A stretch of 64,000 nt of DNA from Podarcis liolepis. Its lineage: Eukaryota. The DNA lies in assembly GCA_965112155.1 (NCBI GenBank), contig OZ218102.1; one strand, given 5' to 3'. The position numbers and the translations under genes are program-made. Under the pieces are notes generated by a model, which had not been told where the DNA came from, made no database searches, and worked only from the letters and a program-made list of their open reading frames with translations. Shown here piece after piece: positions 1-13,025 of this stretch. The first letter of the stretch is position 1, and the number at the start of each line of letters is the position of its first letter.

Positions 1-2162
1 TGCCCGCCCCTTAAGTTTGGTAGCGTATGCATTTTTGGCAAATAAATGAATCCTGTGTATGTACTTTCAAACTAGCAGCTCTGGAAGGAAACACACATTT
101 TGAATTAAGGTACCCACCCAGCCAATTCAATGGGGATTGATAAGTATTCTGATGGAAACAAGGCCTCACACCTGCATGTTTGTTAGTCATCTTCCACACA
201 GAGACCTTCCCTGCTATATCAGGGTGCCCTGTTTCTTCCAAAAACTCTCCAAAAACACTATTTGCAACATTAAACTAGAAGCTACAAATGAGTTCCATTT
301 TGCTGCATTAAATTAGATTGATCCAGAATGCTAGTTAATTGGCAGTGAGATATTTCCACAATAAGAATGAGGCAGATGAGATGTCCCAAATCATATGCTG
401 ACCTGATAAGATCGACAAAATAAGACTGATCAAATAAGGTCGACCAAAACATACACCACTATTTATTTTTCAAATCTTTCTGATGAAAACGAAGAGACAT
501 TTAGAAGCAGGGCAGTAGGTCATCAGCTCCAAAAAGAACCACCTTAATATTCTGTCTAGAAACCCAAGTCCTGAACCAAGGCTCACCGTATTCTGAGACC
601 AGAATACAATATGTATCTTGTCAAAGATTCAAAATTCTTTTCAGAATAAGCAGATAGAATAGTAACCACGGGAGAGGGGAACTGATCTGTTGAGGGCCAC
701 AAAGTCTCAATTCCTGGCCACAATTGTACAGACCTCTAACTATGCCCCCAACAATCCTTGCATATCTGAAAGGTCAAAGGAGATTTAGCATAGGGACAGA
801 GAAAACTGCCATACCATCTGCTTAAGATGCCCATCTACCTTGCAATTATCTACTCTGAGTAACAGTGGCTCTCAAAAATCTCTAGCAGATATTTTCTCCA
901 TCATCTTTCACCCAGTCTCTTTGATGGAAGAAGCCAAAGATTAAATATGGGATTCCTGAGACTGGACATAAGAAAAGCATGTATTCTTCAAGTGAACATA
1001 CTGCCTCTTTAATTTCTTGCACATAGATAACACAGCATTTACAGAGAGGGGTATAAGCCTTTCCCCCTAACCATTTCCCAAACATTAATCAATTCTGACA
1101 CTATCTTGTTCATCCCTCCTGAACCTGCCACAGCACTTTAGGAGAGGGTTTAATGCCGCCACCACCCTGTCATTGCCTCAGCATTTATCTCCTTTCCCAT
1201 TAGGGGAAACTATGCTTCTCTTATAGTAGAAAGAGCAGCTGGAGGGAGATTTGCATCAGGAAAATTGCATGGGGAAAGGGTTAACTATTGCCAGTGTCAT
1301 CATGCCAACCAAACTGGGGAGGGGCTGTCTCTGTGGCTGCTTTTTTAAACAAAAATGACAAAGAGGGGAGATCTAATCCCCAGTCCTCAAAATCTTTTCT
1401 GGTTTGACCTAGAGACTATTACCAAATGCCTGCGCTTTCTGGAGCTTCTCTTGACAGGCTTAAGTAATTGGATCTTCCTTTTGCAAAGAAACCGTGAAAG
1501 CAGAAACACTTTAAAGATGCAAAATTCTGTGCCAGGTCTTGAATTAAAAACAAGCATGAGGAATGCACACAACAGGGGATAAAGGAGCAGCACTTTCCAA
1601 AGGCCTCAGTTTTCAAAGGATGAATATCAGGAAGGAATGGTGTTTTAAATCTATTGTGTATCCAGGTGGAAGATGTAACATTGTGAAAATCAGTCTGCTT
1701 GGCCAATTGCCTGGCTAATAACCAAGATTAAAATTGTACTCTTGTAATGCAACATTTACCTCCTTTGACAGATTAGCATTTCCATGTCATAAACACAAGC
1801 AAGGCAACAATCTGAATTAATAATACTACTAATTTCCCCCCATATTGTCTAAAGACAGGCCAATCTAGATTATTAGTTCCCTCTTTCTTTTTCCTTGAAG
1901 GAACAGGAAAATGAGTAATTTTAAACCCAAGATAATATTAAAAACTAGATTCAAGCTAATTTTGTTCCGTAACATTCAGACAGGGTTAGAATCATGATAT
2001 GATGTTTGACTAGAAATGCAACCTCCAACTTTATCAATTGGCTTTGTACACAGATATTAAGTAGCTCAAATTCCGCTTTCTTCCCTATCCGTAGAATGGG
2101 GAACTTGCATGAGAAAAGAACTAGATAAAAGAAGAGGAAAGATATATATATATAATACATAC

Positions 2163-2267
2163 GCAGCTCAACCTGTGGATTTCTCCTTGATTTACTCGCC
2201 TAATTGTCCTTTTTCTCCTCCAGAGTTCACTGGCCTCCCTTTTAAATACTTTCCCTCTAAAACTCAT
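2163..2267 (-). CDS. DOCK10: DOCK10 alternative coding exon 1b (DOCK10.2 N-terminus), 35 codons MSFRGKVFKREASELWRRKRTIRRVNQGEIHRLSC
   Basis: It matches the human DOCK10.2 N-terminus as recalled (MSFRGKVFKREPSEFWKKRRTVRRVIQEEFHRFSS), with the same 35-aa length. ATG is at 2267 and a phase-0 donor TGC|GTATGT is at 2163/2162. Strand and phase are the same as exon 1a. Confidence 0.93.
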
Positions 2268-2700
2268 GGTGTCAGTAGGAGTCCCGGCAGCATATTCCTT
2301 TAACCTTTTGGCTACACCAGCTTCAGAGAAGAAACTTAGCTGTACTGTCTGAAGGGGAAGTATAGTATGAGCGTTTACTGCATTCACAGAAGCTGCATTT
2401 AAAAAAAAGCCCCAGCGCCCTCAGTTATAACTCATTACTTCCTGTGAGCTATAAAAAAGATGGTGCTTCAGTGAACCGCAAATAAAATCTTAGTGGGGAT
2501 GACGCCTTAGGCACAATATTTCCCTTCGCAGACCCACTCATAAGAAAATCCTGTTTCAGTTAAGAAACTCTGATTAGAAGAAACCTGGTTACCCCAAACT
2601 CACACCATTGCTCCACCCAATTAGCAATTTCAACTTTGGTAAGGGACAAGCAAGCAAGTCTTCCCTAGGAAGATGGAGACATTTTCTAGAAGAAGCTCAA
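2268..2700 (-). promoter_or_regulatory. Putative 5'UTR/proximal promoter of DOCK10 exon 1b
   Basis: It lies immediately upstream of the 1b ATG. It contains TTC(N3)GAA elements at 2322, 2383 and 2467 and an ETS core CAGGAAGT on the minus strand (~2437-2444). Confidence 0.5.
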
Positions 2701-2886
2701 ATCTTCCATGACTAGGAGGTGGAAACTGCATGGAGGGTGATGATGAGGGTTTGGGAAGAAAATCAGATGGCATTTGAAGGTGAATGGACTTAATTCACAC
2801 TTTCCAAAACCATGTGTGAACTGAATCGCAAGCATCCTTTGAACTTCACACATTTCTGCATTTTGCAATGCAGCTCTCCAGCCAAG

Positions 2887-3218
2887 CAGTGGTGTTGCAT
2901 CCTTTGTTGGTGCCCAGGACACCTGTGTCCATGTGCGCACCAGGTGGGAACAGGGACTGGGCATGGAGGGTGAACAAAACCTGGTGTACAGGCACAGAGC
3001 ATGGAGTATGGCGGTCACATACCAACGTTGGCCGGGCAGCCATTCAGAGAGGGGGCTGGGGACACAGCAGCAAGGCCAGGCTAGGCTCTGGGGCCCAGAG
3101 ATCCCTGGTGGCAGGCAGGACAGAAATCCCTGCATGGGGGCACCCCTGGTTCACACCCCCTCAAAATCACGCATCTGGGGCTACTGCCCCCCCTGGCCCT
3201 CTCCACGCTACGCCCCTG
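2887..3218. mobile_element. Non-autonomous hAT DNA transposon (MITE)
   Basis: Imperfect TIRs CAGTGGTGTTGC / GCTACGCCCCTG and a perfect 8-bp TSD CAGCCAAG (2879-2886, 3219-3226). Confidence 0.8.
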
Positions 3219-3455
3219 CAGCCAAGTAATTTGCAGTATCTCCTTCTCTTTCCAATTCCAATTCAACTGACTTACTAGGGGCTTGTTTCTATCAATTTTC
3301 TTTTCCTGTCTCCAAACTCTAGTTAATAAGAGCTGCCTTCCTTTATTTCTGATGCTTACAGTCACCCTTGAAAGCAACACCAGCAACTACACAATCTAGC
3401 ACAAATGAGTTTTAAATGGCGATAGGACCATCCATTGCTCATTTGTTTAATTCAT

Positions 3456-3456
<1 letters not shown>

Positions 3457-3491
<35 letters not shown>
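3457..3491. repeat. (CT)n microsatellite
   Basis: Perfect dinucleotide run. Confidence 0.95.
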
Positions 3492-3494
<3 letters not shown>

Positions 3495-3669
3495 AAGCAG
3501 CTGAAATAGGTAAGATAGGGATTGCAGGGAGGGAGAGATAGGAGAGGTGGTAAGCAAAATTTTTACTTTAGCTAAATCTAGACTTAACCCAAGACCTAGA
3601 TCCGAATTGCCATTCACACAAGCCAAGAAGGAAAACAAATGAACAAAAACACAAGAGCATAATTAAATG

Positions 3670-3758
3670 TTTTAGAATGTTAGATTATTTGATTGTTTGA
3701 TTATTTGATTGTTGTTAGCCGCCCTGAGCCCGGCTTTGGCTGGGGAGGGTGGGATATA

Positions 3759-3815
<57 letters not shown>
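3670..3815 (+). mobile_element. L2 LINE 3' terminus with (TTA)n tail
   Basis: Closely similar to the reverse complement of the 3' end of the L2 at 42140-42270 (GTTAGCCGCCCTGAGCCCGG...GGATATAAAT plus TTA repeats). Confidence 0.8.
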
Positions 3816-3817
3816 TT

Positions 3818-3935
3818 GCCCTCCAGACATTGATGAACTACAATTCCCATCATCCTTGGCTATTGGCCATGCTTGTTAGGGCTGAGAGGAGTTGAAGTTT
3901 AATAACTTCTGGAAGACCAAAGGTTTCCCACACTG
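3818..3935. mobile_element. Partial palindromic hAT MITE (same family as 17821-17955)
   Basis: Shares the CCCTCCAGA...CTACAATTCCCATCATCC...TCTGGA core with 17821-17955. Further degenerate copies lie near 30680-30760, 38975-39110 and 50055-50185. Confidence 0.7.
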
Positions 3936-5163
3936 CTCTAGCAACTGACAGGAATGTCCCGTGATGCTTCCAAGCCTCAGGAGGGAGAGAAAAGCAATAT
4001 AATGTCAAAAGTTAGCAGTGTTAGTTTGGGCCACTGGTTGCTTTGTCTTACATTTTAAGTAATTAGCTAAAACGATGTATATAAAGAATTCTGAACAATT
4101 GCATGTATTTTATATAGTAGTATTTCTCTTCCTAACCTCTCACTGTAATCCAGATTGCCATCATAATATCAACTTCAGTAGGAAAGGAGAAACAAAATTT
4201 TGGAAAGGGCTATGGAACTTTGGGAGGAATGAATTCTAGGACAATGTATGAGAAACGAAACAGATTTGGGTTTCTATTCTTCAGTTGTATGACTGCTCTT
4301 TTAATTTGTCATTTTTTAAAAAAAGTGTTGACGCTCTGAGAACCTGATCTGAAAACCTAATCTAGAAAGTGTTAATGGTGACTCATTTTAGAGGAAATTC
4401 CACTCTGCACATGTTTGAAGCTAATTTTTGTTCATGGTGTACATATCATTGAGCTGGGCCCTGACACAGAAAATGATTGCCACAATGATGCTCTGAATCT
4501 GGAGTGAAAAATGTCTGCCTGACATTGCAATATATTCATGTTCAACATTGTGCTGGCACCAGTGAAACATTGGTCTCCGTCATGTCCATTCTCTCGCTTA
4601 ATTTGCTACAAGTAGATGCTTTACAATACTTTTACCTGTGGCAGGGGGTTGACCTAGATGACCTTCAAAGTCCCATCCAGCTCTTATCATTTTATGTGGA
4701 TGGTACTGGTCACCAGCTGGGTATTTGTAATGTGCAATGGTAGCCTCAGTTGAACAGACTCCATGAGTTTGTTTTTTTCAGTGAACAGACAAATCTGGAA
4801 CTTGGGTCCACCACTCTGGCACGAACTCCAAATACAGCTCCATAGTAATGGTGAAGGTGGAGCTAATCACAGGAAAGGGTACCATACCATTTAAATATTG
4901 CCTAAATAATACACTCACAGCCCTTAACAGATGCAATTTCCGGGAAATTTCCTGGAGCTTGGGTAAACAAGGAAAGCCCTTCACACAGCATATTAAACCA
5001 AAAGGTTTCTTGAAAATTCAACATTATTTCATCAGAGATTAAATTGATTAAGTGTCTAGGTTACACCTCAGGCAATGCCTTACTTCAGTCTTCAGTCATT
5101 GCCTAAACATCATCACACCAGACACCTGCCTGATTTGGGCTGGTAATTCATTCCACGGAGCTG

Positions 5164-5186
5164 CAGCAGCAGCAGCAGCAGCAGCA
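5164..5186. repeat. (CAG)n microsatellite
   Basis: Short perfect trinucleotide run. Confidence 0.9.
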
Positions 5187-6210
5187 AAGGCTGGATTCTA
5201 GCAGAGGCTAAGCACAACCCTGCGTGGTCATCCATGGAAACAGAGGAGCACCCCCTCCCCAATTACTAATCCAAAAACACTCAGGTGCAACACTACATGT
5301 GGAAAACAAGCTGAATATGCTCACCCATTCGCCATACAAGAGATCTTGCTGGTTGATTACAAAAAATAATTCCCACAGCTCTTCATCATGTAGCAAATTG
5401 TTGCTGATTGTAGTAACCTGATTGTTTGCAATACCAAGGTATCAAATCTTGTTTTGGCACTATAGCTAGACCTCTAAAAGGGTTGTGCTGAATTATGGAA
5501 GCTTCTATTTTGGGGACCAGCAAAAATGTTGATTGCAGTTCTGGTTTGATCTTACAAAAATTGTCTTCATTAAGGAACTCTCTAAAGGACAGTCACGTTT
5601 TGCGGGTGGCTGTTGGAGGAACGGAAAGTTACTGTCCTTCCTTACCCAGCTCCATCACTCTCAACCACACAGTCTCTTTCCAGTAACTAAGCAGAAAATC
5701 TGTACTTACAGTACCCCTAAAGCCATCCCTTGCAATGGCAGCGGCCTCATTGGTTAATGGAAAGGCAAAAAGAAATGGGTGAAAATTTCTTCTCCCACTC
5801 TAACATGGCCCTGCAGCCACTAACATGGACACAGCAAAGGGCACTCCTATTTCTTCCAAATCTGGACCTGATGCCCAGTGGTGTGGTCAGAGATGGACCA
5901 TTGGGGCTCTCTCAGCAAAATCATCGGGAAAGGCCCCCCAAAGCAGCAGAACTAGCTTCCCACATTTTGAAGCAATATACATTAATATCTGAGGAGCCCT
6001 CTCCCCCATCTCCATACGACCATTAAGTCCACATCATTAAATTACCTAACCGCACCATTGCTGATGACCCAAACTAACCACAGCCTCCAGACCCTGAGTT
6101 GGAAGGCAAGGGACAACTTCCTCCATCAGGCAGAAGCATTTGGGATTGGCATGTTTGTGTGCAGAAATTCTCTGCATTGCTTCCTTCCCGCCTCCCACTT
6201 TGGAAACACA

Positions 6211-6536
6211 GGCTCCATCCTCACTATACATTTAAAGCACTGGGATACCACTTTAACCGGTTGCAGTTTCCCCCACAGAATCCTGAAAAGTGTTGTTAAG
6301 GGTGCTGAGAGTTGCTAGGAGACCCCCATTCCCCTCGTGGAGGTATAATTTCCAGTTCCCTGGGAAGAGGGATTGTTAAAATACTCTGAGAATTGTAGCT
6401 CCATGAGCAGAATGGAGGGGCTATCCTAATAACTCTCAGCATCCTTAACAAAGAACAGTTGCCATAAAACTTTGGCGGAAGCCATGACTATTTAAAGTGG
6501 CATGATACTGCTTTAAGTGTACTGTGCAGATGGGGC
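6211..6536. mobile_element. Long palindromic MITE, probably PIF/Harbinger
   Basis: Terminal inverted repeats GGCTCCATCCTCACTATACATTTAAAGCA / TGCTTTAAGTGTACTGTGCAGATGGGGC plus internal arms (TTAAGGGTGCTGAGAGTT / AACTCTCAGCATCCTTAA). No clear TSD. Confidence 0.6.
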
Positions 6537-8696
6537 AGTAATGGCTATTCTTCCAAATACTGGAAGTGCTTTCAAGAGGAATATTGTTCCCTTCAGTATA
6601 TCCCTCTCTCTGGTGGCCAAATCACCCAATATGTTTTCCCTGCACACAGTATTTTAGTTTCCCCACAAGAATGTGAATGGCAGCTATTTGCTTCCTTATA
6701 AGAAAGTAATGGCATAGACTCTGCTTCTAGTGCTGTCCCGGTGTTGCAAATTGTATTGTGGTTCTGGTACAGGCCCTGGCCAACTCTCAGACTCTCTGCC
6801 TGTGCATCACCAGGAGCAGGACATAAAACTCCTTTCACCCTCACACAGCATGACCACTGGTTGGAGATGTTTGGAAACGTAGTCTGGAGGACTTGCTTGC
6901 TTGCTCTGAAGACTTGCAGAAGAGTGGATTCACTGTACTCCCACTGAGTGAAGTACTGAAAGGCAATGGCGTCTGGCAATAAAGAATGGAAAAGAAAGCA
7001 AAAGGTCTTTGCCAAGCTATGCAGACATTCCCAGTGACTACCAAGGAAGAACCACAACATTAACAAAGTTGGTATTTGTCCTTGTTTTCTCTCGTACCAC
7101 CAACACTGGCGGTGTTCTGAAAAGTTCTCGCATGACACTCTGAAAAGAACTGCCAAGGCGAAATGTCCCTGACAGACTCGGGAGTTAACACAGGATCCCT
7201 CAAGCCCTGCTGACTTCACTGAAAATAGAGATTCTTTTTTCAGTAGCTGGAAAGGACATTGGACATTATCTGCAACACTTTATCTCAGGAAAGCATTCTA
7301 AGATTTCCTTGCCCCTAAAATACCTTTGCCATGCAAATATATGTCTCTCTCTCAAACACACACATAGAGACATTTGGTTCAAATTGTATAAAGACGAAGA
7401 ATGTGTTGTTGCAAATAGCCCTAATGGAAGACAACATAGCTCCAACTCTGACCTGCCTCTCCAACAGAGAAATACGGTAAATATGCTTTGCTCTTAAAGG
7501 GAATTTACAAAGGAAGGGAGGCTTTTGTACATTGTACATTGTTTTGGCCCAAACAACCACTGTAATGGCAAGATAAATAATTGAACTTCATCCAAATGGC
7601 TTCCACCTAGCAAACGAAGCTGAGACTGCTTTGTCTTCTGCTTTCAGCTTCAAAATGGAGAAGGAATTCTGCAAGTGCAGCCATTAGTGAAGAGCAATAG
7701 CAAAGTCCCACTTCCCTCAGTAGATATATAAAGCCATACACTTTAAAATAAGTGGAACCAGATTTTGAACAGGATCGATATCCCAATGAAGTCAGTGACA
7801 AAGCACCATTTGAGCAGAATAGATCTAGATCTAAACACACACAAAGAGAGAGGATCTCTGGATGGTTACACACTGAACAGATGCTTGGCACTGGTTTAGG
7901 TGAGCCAAGAAGGGCAAGTTGGTTTAGAAGAGGAAGAGGCAACTTTAAGGTTTGCAAAACCAAGGCTGAGCATTATTTCCTTAAAAAGAAATTCGACAAT
8001 GGGTGTGCAACACATGGTGTGTGCATAACGTCACAAGTGAGCAGCGTGTGCAATACTGGGGCCCCTCAATACTGGGTGCAAGACTACACCTCTGCATCAC
8101 AGCAAGTGAAAAGTAGGTGGTGTATGGCTTCATCTTGCAATCATAAATTGCTTTCTCCCTGAGTGTAAAGACAGAAATCTCCTCAAATCCAACAGTCAAG
8201 TTTAGGAGCAATGGTGCCTTTTCATGTTTCTAGACGATGAAGCATGCTTTGACATGGTAACATCCCCAAATGTTAAACTCCCCAATTTTGTTTCGAGGAT
8301 AAAGACAATCCTGTTTAAGTATCTGCATACTTCTGCATAAGGGTTGCATTACTGGGCAGGATCAGGTCATGTGAATTAATGTGCCCTCATCAGTGTTACA
8401 TCTCAAAAAGATAGCTCCTGTTCTCATGCCCTTTTGGTACAGCCTGGATGGAATCCAGTAAACCCTCCAAACCACTTCGTTCTGGGTTATCCTTAACCTC
8501 AGATTTAAGGTACATTATGCATACATGCTCAAGAGTCGAAAAGTCCTGGGTGAATAAAAATGGTGTTCACACAGAACTAGTGCTGTGCCCTATGCTGAAT
8601 GCCCTCTCAACAATTTCACATCAAGTAATTAGGTAGGAATTTGCATTTGAAAATGAAAACGTTACTTTTCAAGGGTCCATGGACTGTTTGTGACTA

Positions 8697-8938
8697 CTGC
8701 GGTACCTCGAGTTGCATATGCTTCCGATTACATAAACTTCAGGTTACGGACTCCGCTAACCCAGAAATAGTACCTCAGGTTAAGAACTTTGCTTCAGGAT
8801 GAGAACAGAAATCGTGCTCCAGCAGTGCAGCAGCAGCAGGAGGCCCCATTAGCTAAAGTGGTGCTTCAGGTTAAGAACACTTTCAGGTTAAGAACGGACC
8901 TCTGGAACGAATTAAGTACTTAACCCGAGGTACCACTG
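8697..8938. mobile_element. Tc1/mariner (Tigger/pogo-type) MITE, family A
   Basis: TA flanks on both sides, TIRs C(A/T)G(T/C)GGTACCTCG...CCGAGGTACCACTG, and a second copy at 30905-31146. Confidence 0.85.
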
Positions 8939-10380
8939 TATAGCCTCGTTCATTCTACAAATCATCAGCATTCTTCAGCCTTCCTGGGTGTCCAGGTTTC
9001 AATCAAAGCCCAGGGGGAAGACATGAGGAATGGGGCTTTTTTAGACAAGGAAGCACCAGCAGCCAGGGAGACTGCAGAGCACTGGATAAATGCTTACTGG
9101 AAAAAAACCAGAAACCACTCCATTAGGTTTGGTTGAAAATTACTGACACCTGTGTCTCAAATAGTGGTGGAAGGTTTGTCCATCATCCCCCAGAACCCAC
9201 TGGACCTTGACATATGATATCCAATTGAAGGACCAACAGTTCACTGCTCATTTTGTAGCAGTCAGCAGCAAAGCTGCCTGTCCAATTTCCTTTATTTGCA
9301 GCAATCTGTGAAGCATCTGCATCTGAGTCTCCAGCAACCACAGAAGCTGCACTCTATGCAAAATAAAATAAAATAAAGCATCAAAGGCATATTGTGCTGA
9401 CTTTCCTTCAGGGATGCACAATTTTGAAGGCATGGTAATTTAGTAATCTAAACTTATTTGATATGAGTTATTCCTCAGTTGAGACAGTGCTTGCTTTAAC
9501 TGCTGAACCAATAGCCTGCAAATGTACTCTTGCTCTTCCCAACATGTTTGCTATCAGAGATGGAGCAGGGGGGTGGGGAGATTAACATGTAAATATTCCT
9601 TGTCTGAGACATTTCATGTTGGCTACAAATATAACCCCATGACTCCATGCAGGACATAATGGAGAAAGTCATTTACAGTCAAGGAGAGAGGGGGTGATGC
9701 CACTCTTTGATAACAAATAACATGCTCCATGCATCATTTCCTGCTACACTTAACAGGGCTTGCAGTAAAGCTGCTGGTTTCTGACCTAAAGCATCAAGAA
9801 AGAAAGCTTATGAGCTCCTAGCCTGCTCTCCTGTCTTCTGCTGCCTTGCTGCCCCCTCCCACTTCCCCATATTTGGCAGGATCTCCTCAAAAGAGGTTGT
9901 AGTTTCTAAAGAAGCTCTTTAGTCTTCCCTGTTCATAAGAGATTACGACAACTGGCTATCTCTAAATCCTCTCACAAGCTATGTCAAAGTACTGGGGGTT
10001 CTTGGCACTGTCAAAACTTCTATGGAATTATTGACAGCAGTTCCAATGGTAATCTTCAGCAACTGCCACTGTGTGTCCTTTCTAGCCAGCTTCTCTGCAC
10101 CTTCCATCCACCAGAAAACAGAATCTGTCAACAGCTGCATTATTGGGTCATGCCTGTATATTTCACTAGCCACATCTACCTACCAGCAATTTCATGATAG
10201 CCCAGATGCTACCTTGGGGCTTCTTGAATTGTCAGCAGTAAAAATTGATGCACAACTTCACATTTTGTCCTCTGCCACATCACAAGGATGCTGGGTCAAA
10301 ATTCTTGGGCTTCTAGGTCATGCACAACTTGGCTACCTAGCTAATTGGTACACTTAACAATAACCTATTTAACTGGTTAT

Positions 10381-10673
10381 TGGAAATCAGCCCTGAGTGC
10401 ACACAGGAAGGACAGATCGTGAAGCTGAGGCTCCAATACTTTGGCCACCTCATGAGAAGAGAAGACTCCCTGGGAAAGACCATGATGTTGGGAAAGATGG
10501 CGGGCACAAGGAGAAGGGGACGACAGAGGACGAGATGGTTGGACAGTGTTCTCGAAGCTACCAACATGAGTTTGACCAAACTGCGGGAGGCAGTGGAAGA
10601 CAGGAGTGCCTGGCGTGCTCTGGTCCATGGGGTCACGAAGAGTCGGACACGACTAAACGACTAAACAACAACA
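10381..10673 (+). mobile_element. BovB (RTE clade) LINE 3' fragment
   Basis: The ORF end ...LRLQYFGHLMRREDSLGKTMMLGK...RWLD...WRALVHGVTKSRTRLND is the BovB C-terminus, followed by GAGTCGGACACGACT and a (CAA)n tail. Confidence 0.92.
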
Positions 10674-11611
10674 CCACCTAGCCTATTTTGGTTCATCTGT
10701 TCCAACTGGATCAACATATGAGTCAGGTTGCTAGCCACCAGCAACTATTTAGCTATCACTTATGTGAGACAACCGTTTTCCCTTGCATGACCTCACACTT
10801 TCATCTAATTGTTACAAACAGTCAGTCATTAAGAGTTTAGGGACAGAGTAATAATAGCTTCCTTCCTTCCAGAAGACTTTCACAGCACAGGAGCTCATCA
10901 AGCAGAAGTTGAAGGACAGAACTCTTCCCAATGCCTTTACTTCCAGAGAGGGAATAGTAATTTAATTTGCACATGTCATTCACACTGTGACCCACAAGGG
11001 TTTTTCTTGCCTTGATGGAAGCTGATCCCATAGATATTTCAGTATGGATCAAGTAATTTAGAGGCCTTTTAGCCTCATGTTTACCCAAGGCTCTATTTTG
11101 AATTCTGCTCCTACATTCCTGGTAATACGTGAAGCTAGTCTTCCATTTCCTTTAATAGACAGCACATCAGATTCTTAATTGAGCTGGGCTTTGCCTCTAC
11201 CCATGACAGCCATTTTTCCTTCCATTCTGCTGTGAAAACAGGATATGTTCTGTAATTGCTTGATCAGCTACTATCTAATTAATTTGGGGTGTTATTTAGT
11301 TGAAACATTTTGCCCAGGGATTTTGGGAGCTCTGTTAGGTCCTTTGTGCATCAATATTAAGCAAAGCAGGCCATCTCACATTTGCAAACTCCATTCATGG
11401 ACCAAGCATTCCTTTACCTTCAAGATATTGTTGTATGGCACATGTGTAAGAGATTGTGTTAAAATGTTTAATGCCTACACAAGGGCATATTGATTTATTT
11501 AATTTGAATCCTGCCCTCCCTCCCAAAAGGAACCCAAGACAGCAAACATCAAAAGGTAGTCAATATTCTCTTCTCCCTCAAAAAAACCCCTACAAATTCT
11601 TCATAGTTTCT

Positions 11612-11968
11612 CATTGTAAAATTTTTGAATGCTGATGACATTGAAATGAATTGAAGGGGCTCTAGCAACAAGGTAAAAAGTATGAGGGGATTAATAATAG
11701 ATAAACTGATAGATTATGAATTTGCTGAACCAAATTTAAAAGGAATACAAAAATGGGAGATGTGAGGAAGTCAGGAAAATAAGTTAACTAAAGTGGAGAG
11801 ATTAAGAAAGAGAGAAATTTTGTTTTTCTTTTATATATGTTTTTTCTTTTTTCTGGTTTTTGTGTTTAATGTTTGTATTTTTGTATTTTGTATTTTTGTG
11901 CTTTTGTATTTTGTATCTGTTTTGCATTTGTTGTTTGTTTTTTCTAAACTTTTCTATTGATAAAACCT

Positions 11969-12011
<43 letters not shown>

Positions 12012-12014
12012 TAT
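11612..12014 (+). mobile_element. 5'-truncated L1-type 3'UTR fragment with (TA)n tail
   Basis: 17-bp TSD AATTCTTCATAGTTTCT (11595-11611, 12015-12031). The body is purine-rich, then T-rich, then AAAACCTAATAA and an (AT)n tail. Confidence 0.7.
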
Positions 12015-12832
12015 AATTCTTCATAGTTTCTAATTTTCATGGATCCATCAGGATCTCGAATGGTTTGGGAGCTCAAGATAGAAGAGGAGCAGCAGCAGCA
12101 GGGGGAGAATGGAGAAGAAACAAAGAAGAGGCTTGAAAGCTGGCACCCAAGGATGGAAGTTCTCCCTTTGAGACTCTAGATATCAGAGAGGGGGGAGAAG
12201 ATCTGCCAACTCTCTACATCACCACTCCTGCACAGCATGGGGATTCATTAGGGAGTGGAGAGGGCTTTGACCAGCTGAGGTGGATGAAGTGGTGGCAGAG
12301 CTGCAGTCAGACACAGCGTTGTCACCAAGAACCAGGCATCACCTTGGTAGGTGGGATCCGATGCCCCAGGTGTTTCCATATAAAGCAGTCTAATAAAGTA
12401 AGAGTCTCATAAGTGAGATCATCCCACCTCATCTTTAAAAGCTTGGCAAGAGGGGCATGACAACAGTTGGGACATCATGGTTGCTTCTGTTCAGTTCTGC
12501 ATCTCTTGCCTTGCTCGACCCTGTGCTTGTGCTGAGCCTGTACCATTGTTAGCCTGCTTTCCTTGTGTTTTGGGACAGTTAATTCCAATTAATTTTTGTG
12601 CCCTCCTTAAAAGTGTGGCAATTACCTGGATATTTCTGGCAACCTAGAGGATTTACCCAAGGCAACACATCCATTGCAAGAAGATCTGTTTCCTAGCATT
12701 TAAATTATAAAGTGTTGTTCCTGGGGAATCACACCTAACGGCTAGGACTCCCATTACTATTGTGAACACAAGTTTCACCTCATTCCTAACAATGTGAAAT
12801 GGATCATTCCTAAAAATGGACAACAACTTAGG

Positions 12833-13025
12833 CACCAGGCAAAAACATTCCTTTTCAACCAGGCCTTTTGCTGACTAGCATCCTATATCCTTTTAAATGT
12901 GTTTGTGGGAGGGGGTTGCTTTTGTTATTATTATGCATTTTATATTTTTATCTTGTGTTTTTATGCTGTGAACTGCCCTGAGATCTATGGACGAATGGTG
13001 GCACACAAATTTAACAAATGAATAT
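12833..13025 (+). mobile_element. Old L2 LINE 3' end
   Basis: AAAACATTCCTTTTCAACCAGGCCTTT (ORF-end-like), a T-rich UTR and a TGTGAACTGCCCTGAG terminal motif. Confidence 0.55.

Noticed and set aside
1-2162. DOCK10 exon 2 (QEKPRLLEPLDYE...) downstream of exon 1b
   Set aside because: It was not found in the window and presumably lies beyond the left edge.
6593-7219. 208-aa ORF
   Set aside because: It has a non-ATG start, no recognisable domain and a Cys/Trp/Ser-rich random composition, so it is most likely a chance intronic ORF.
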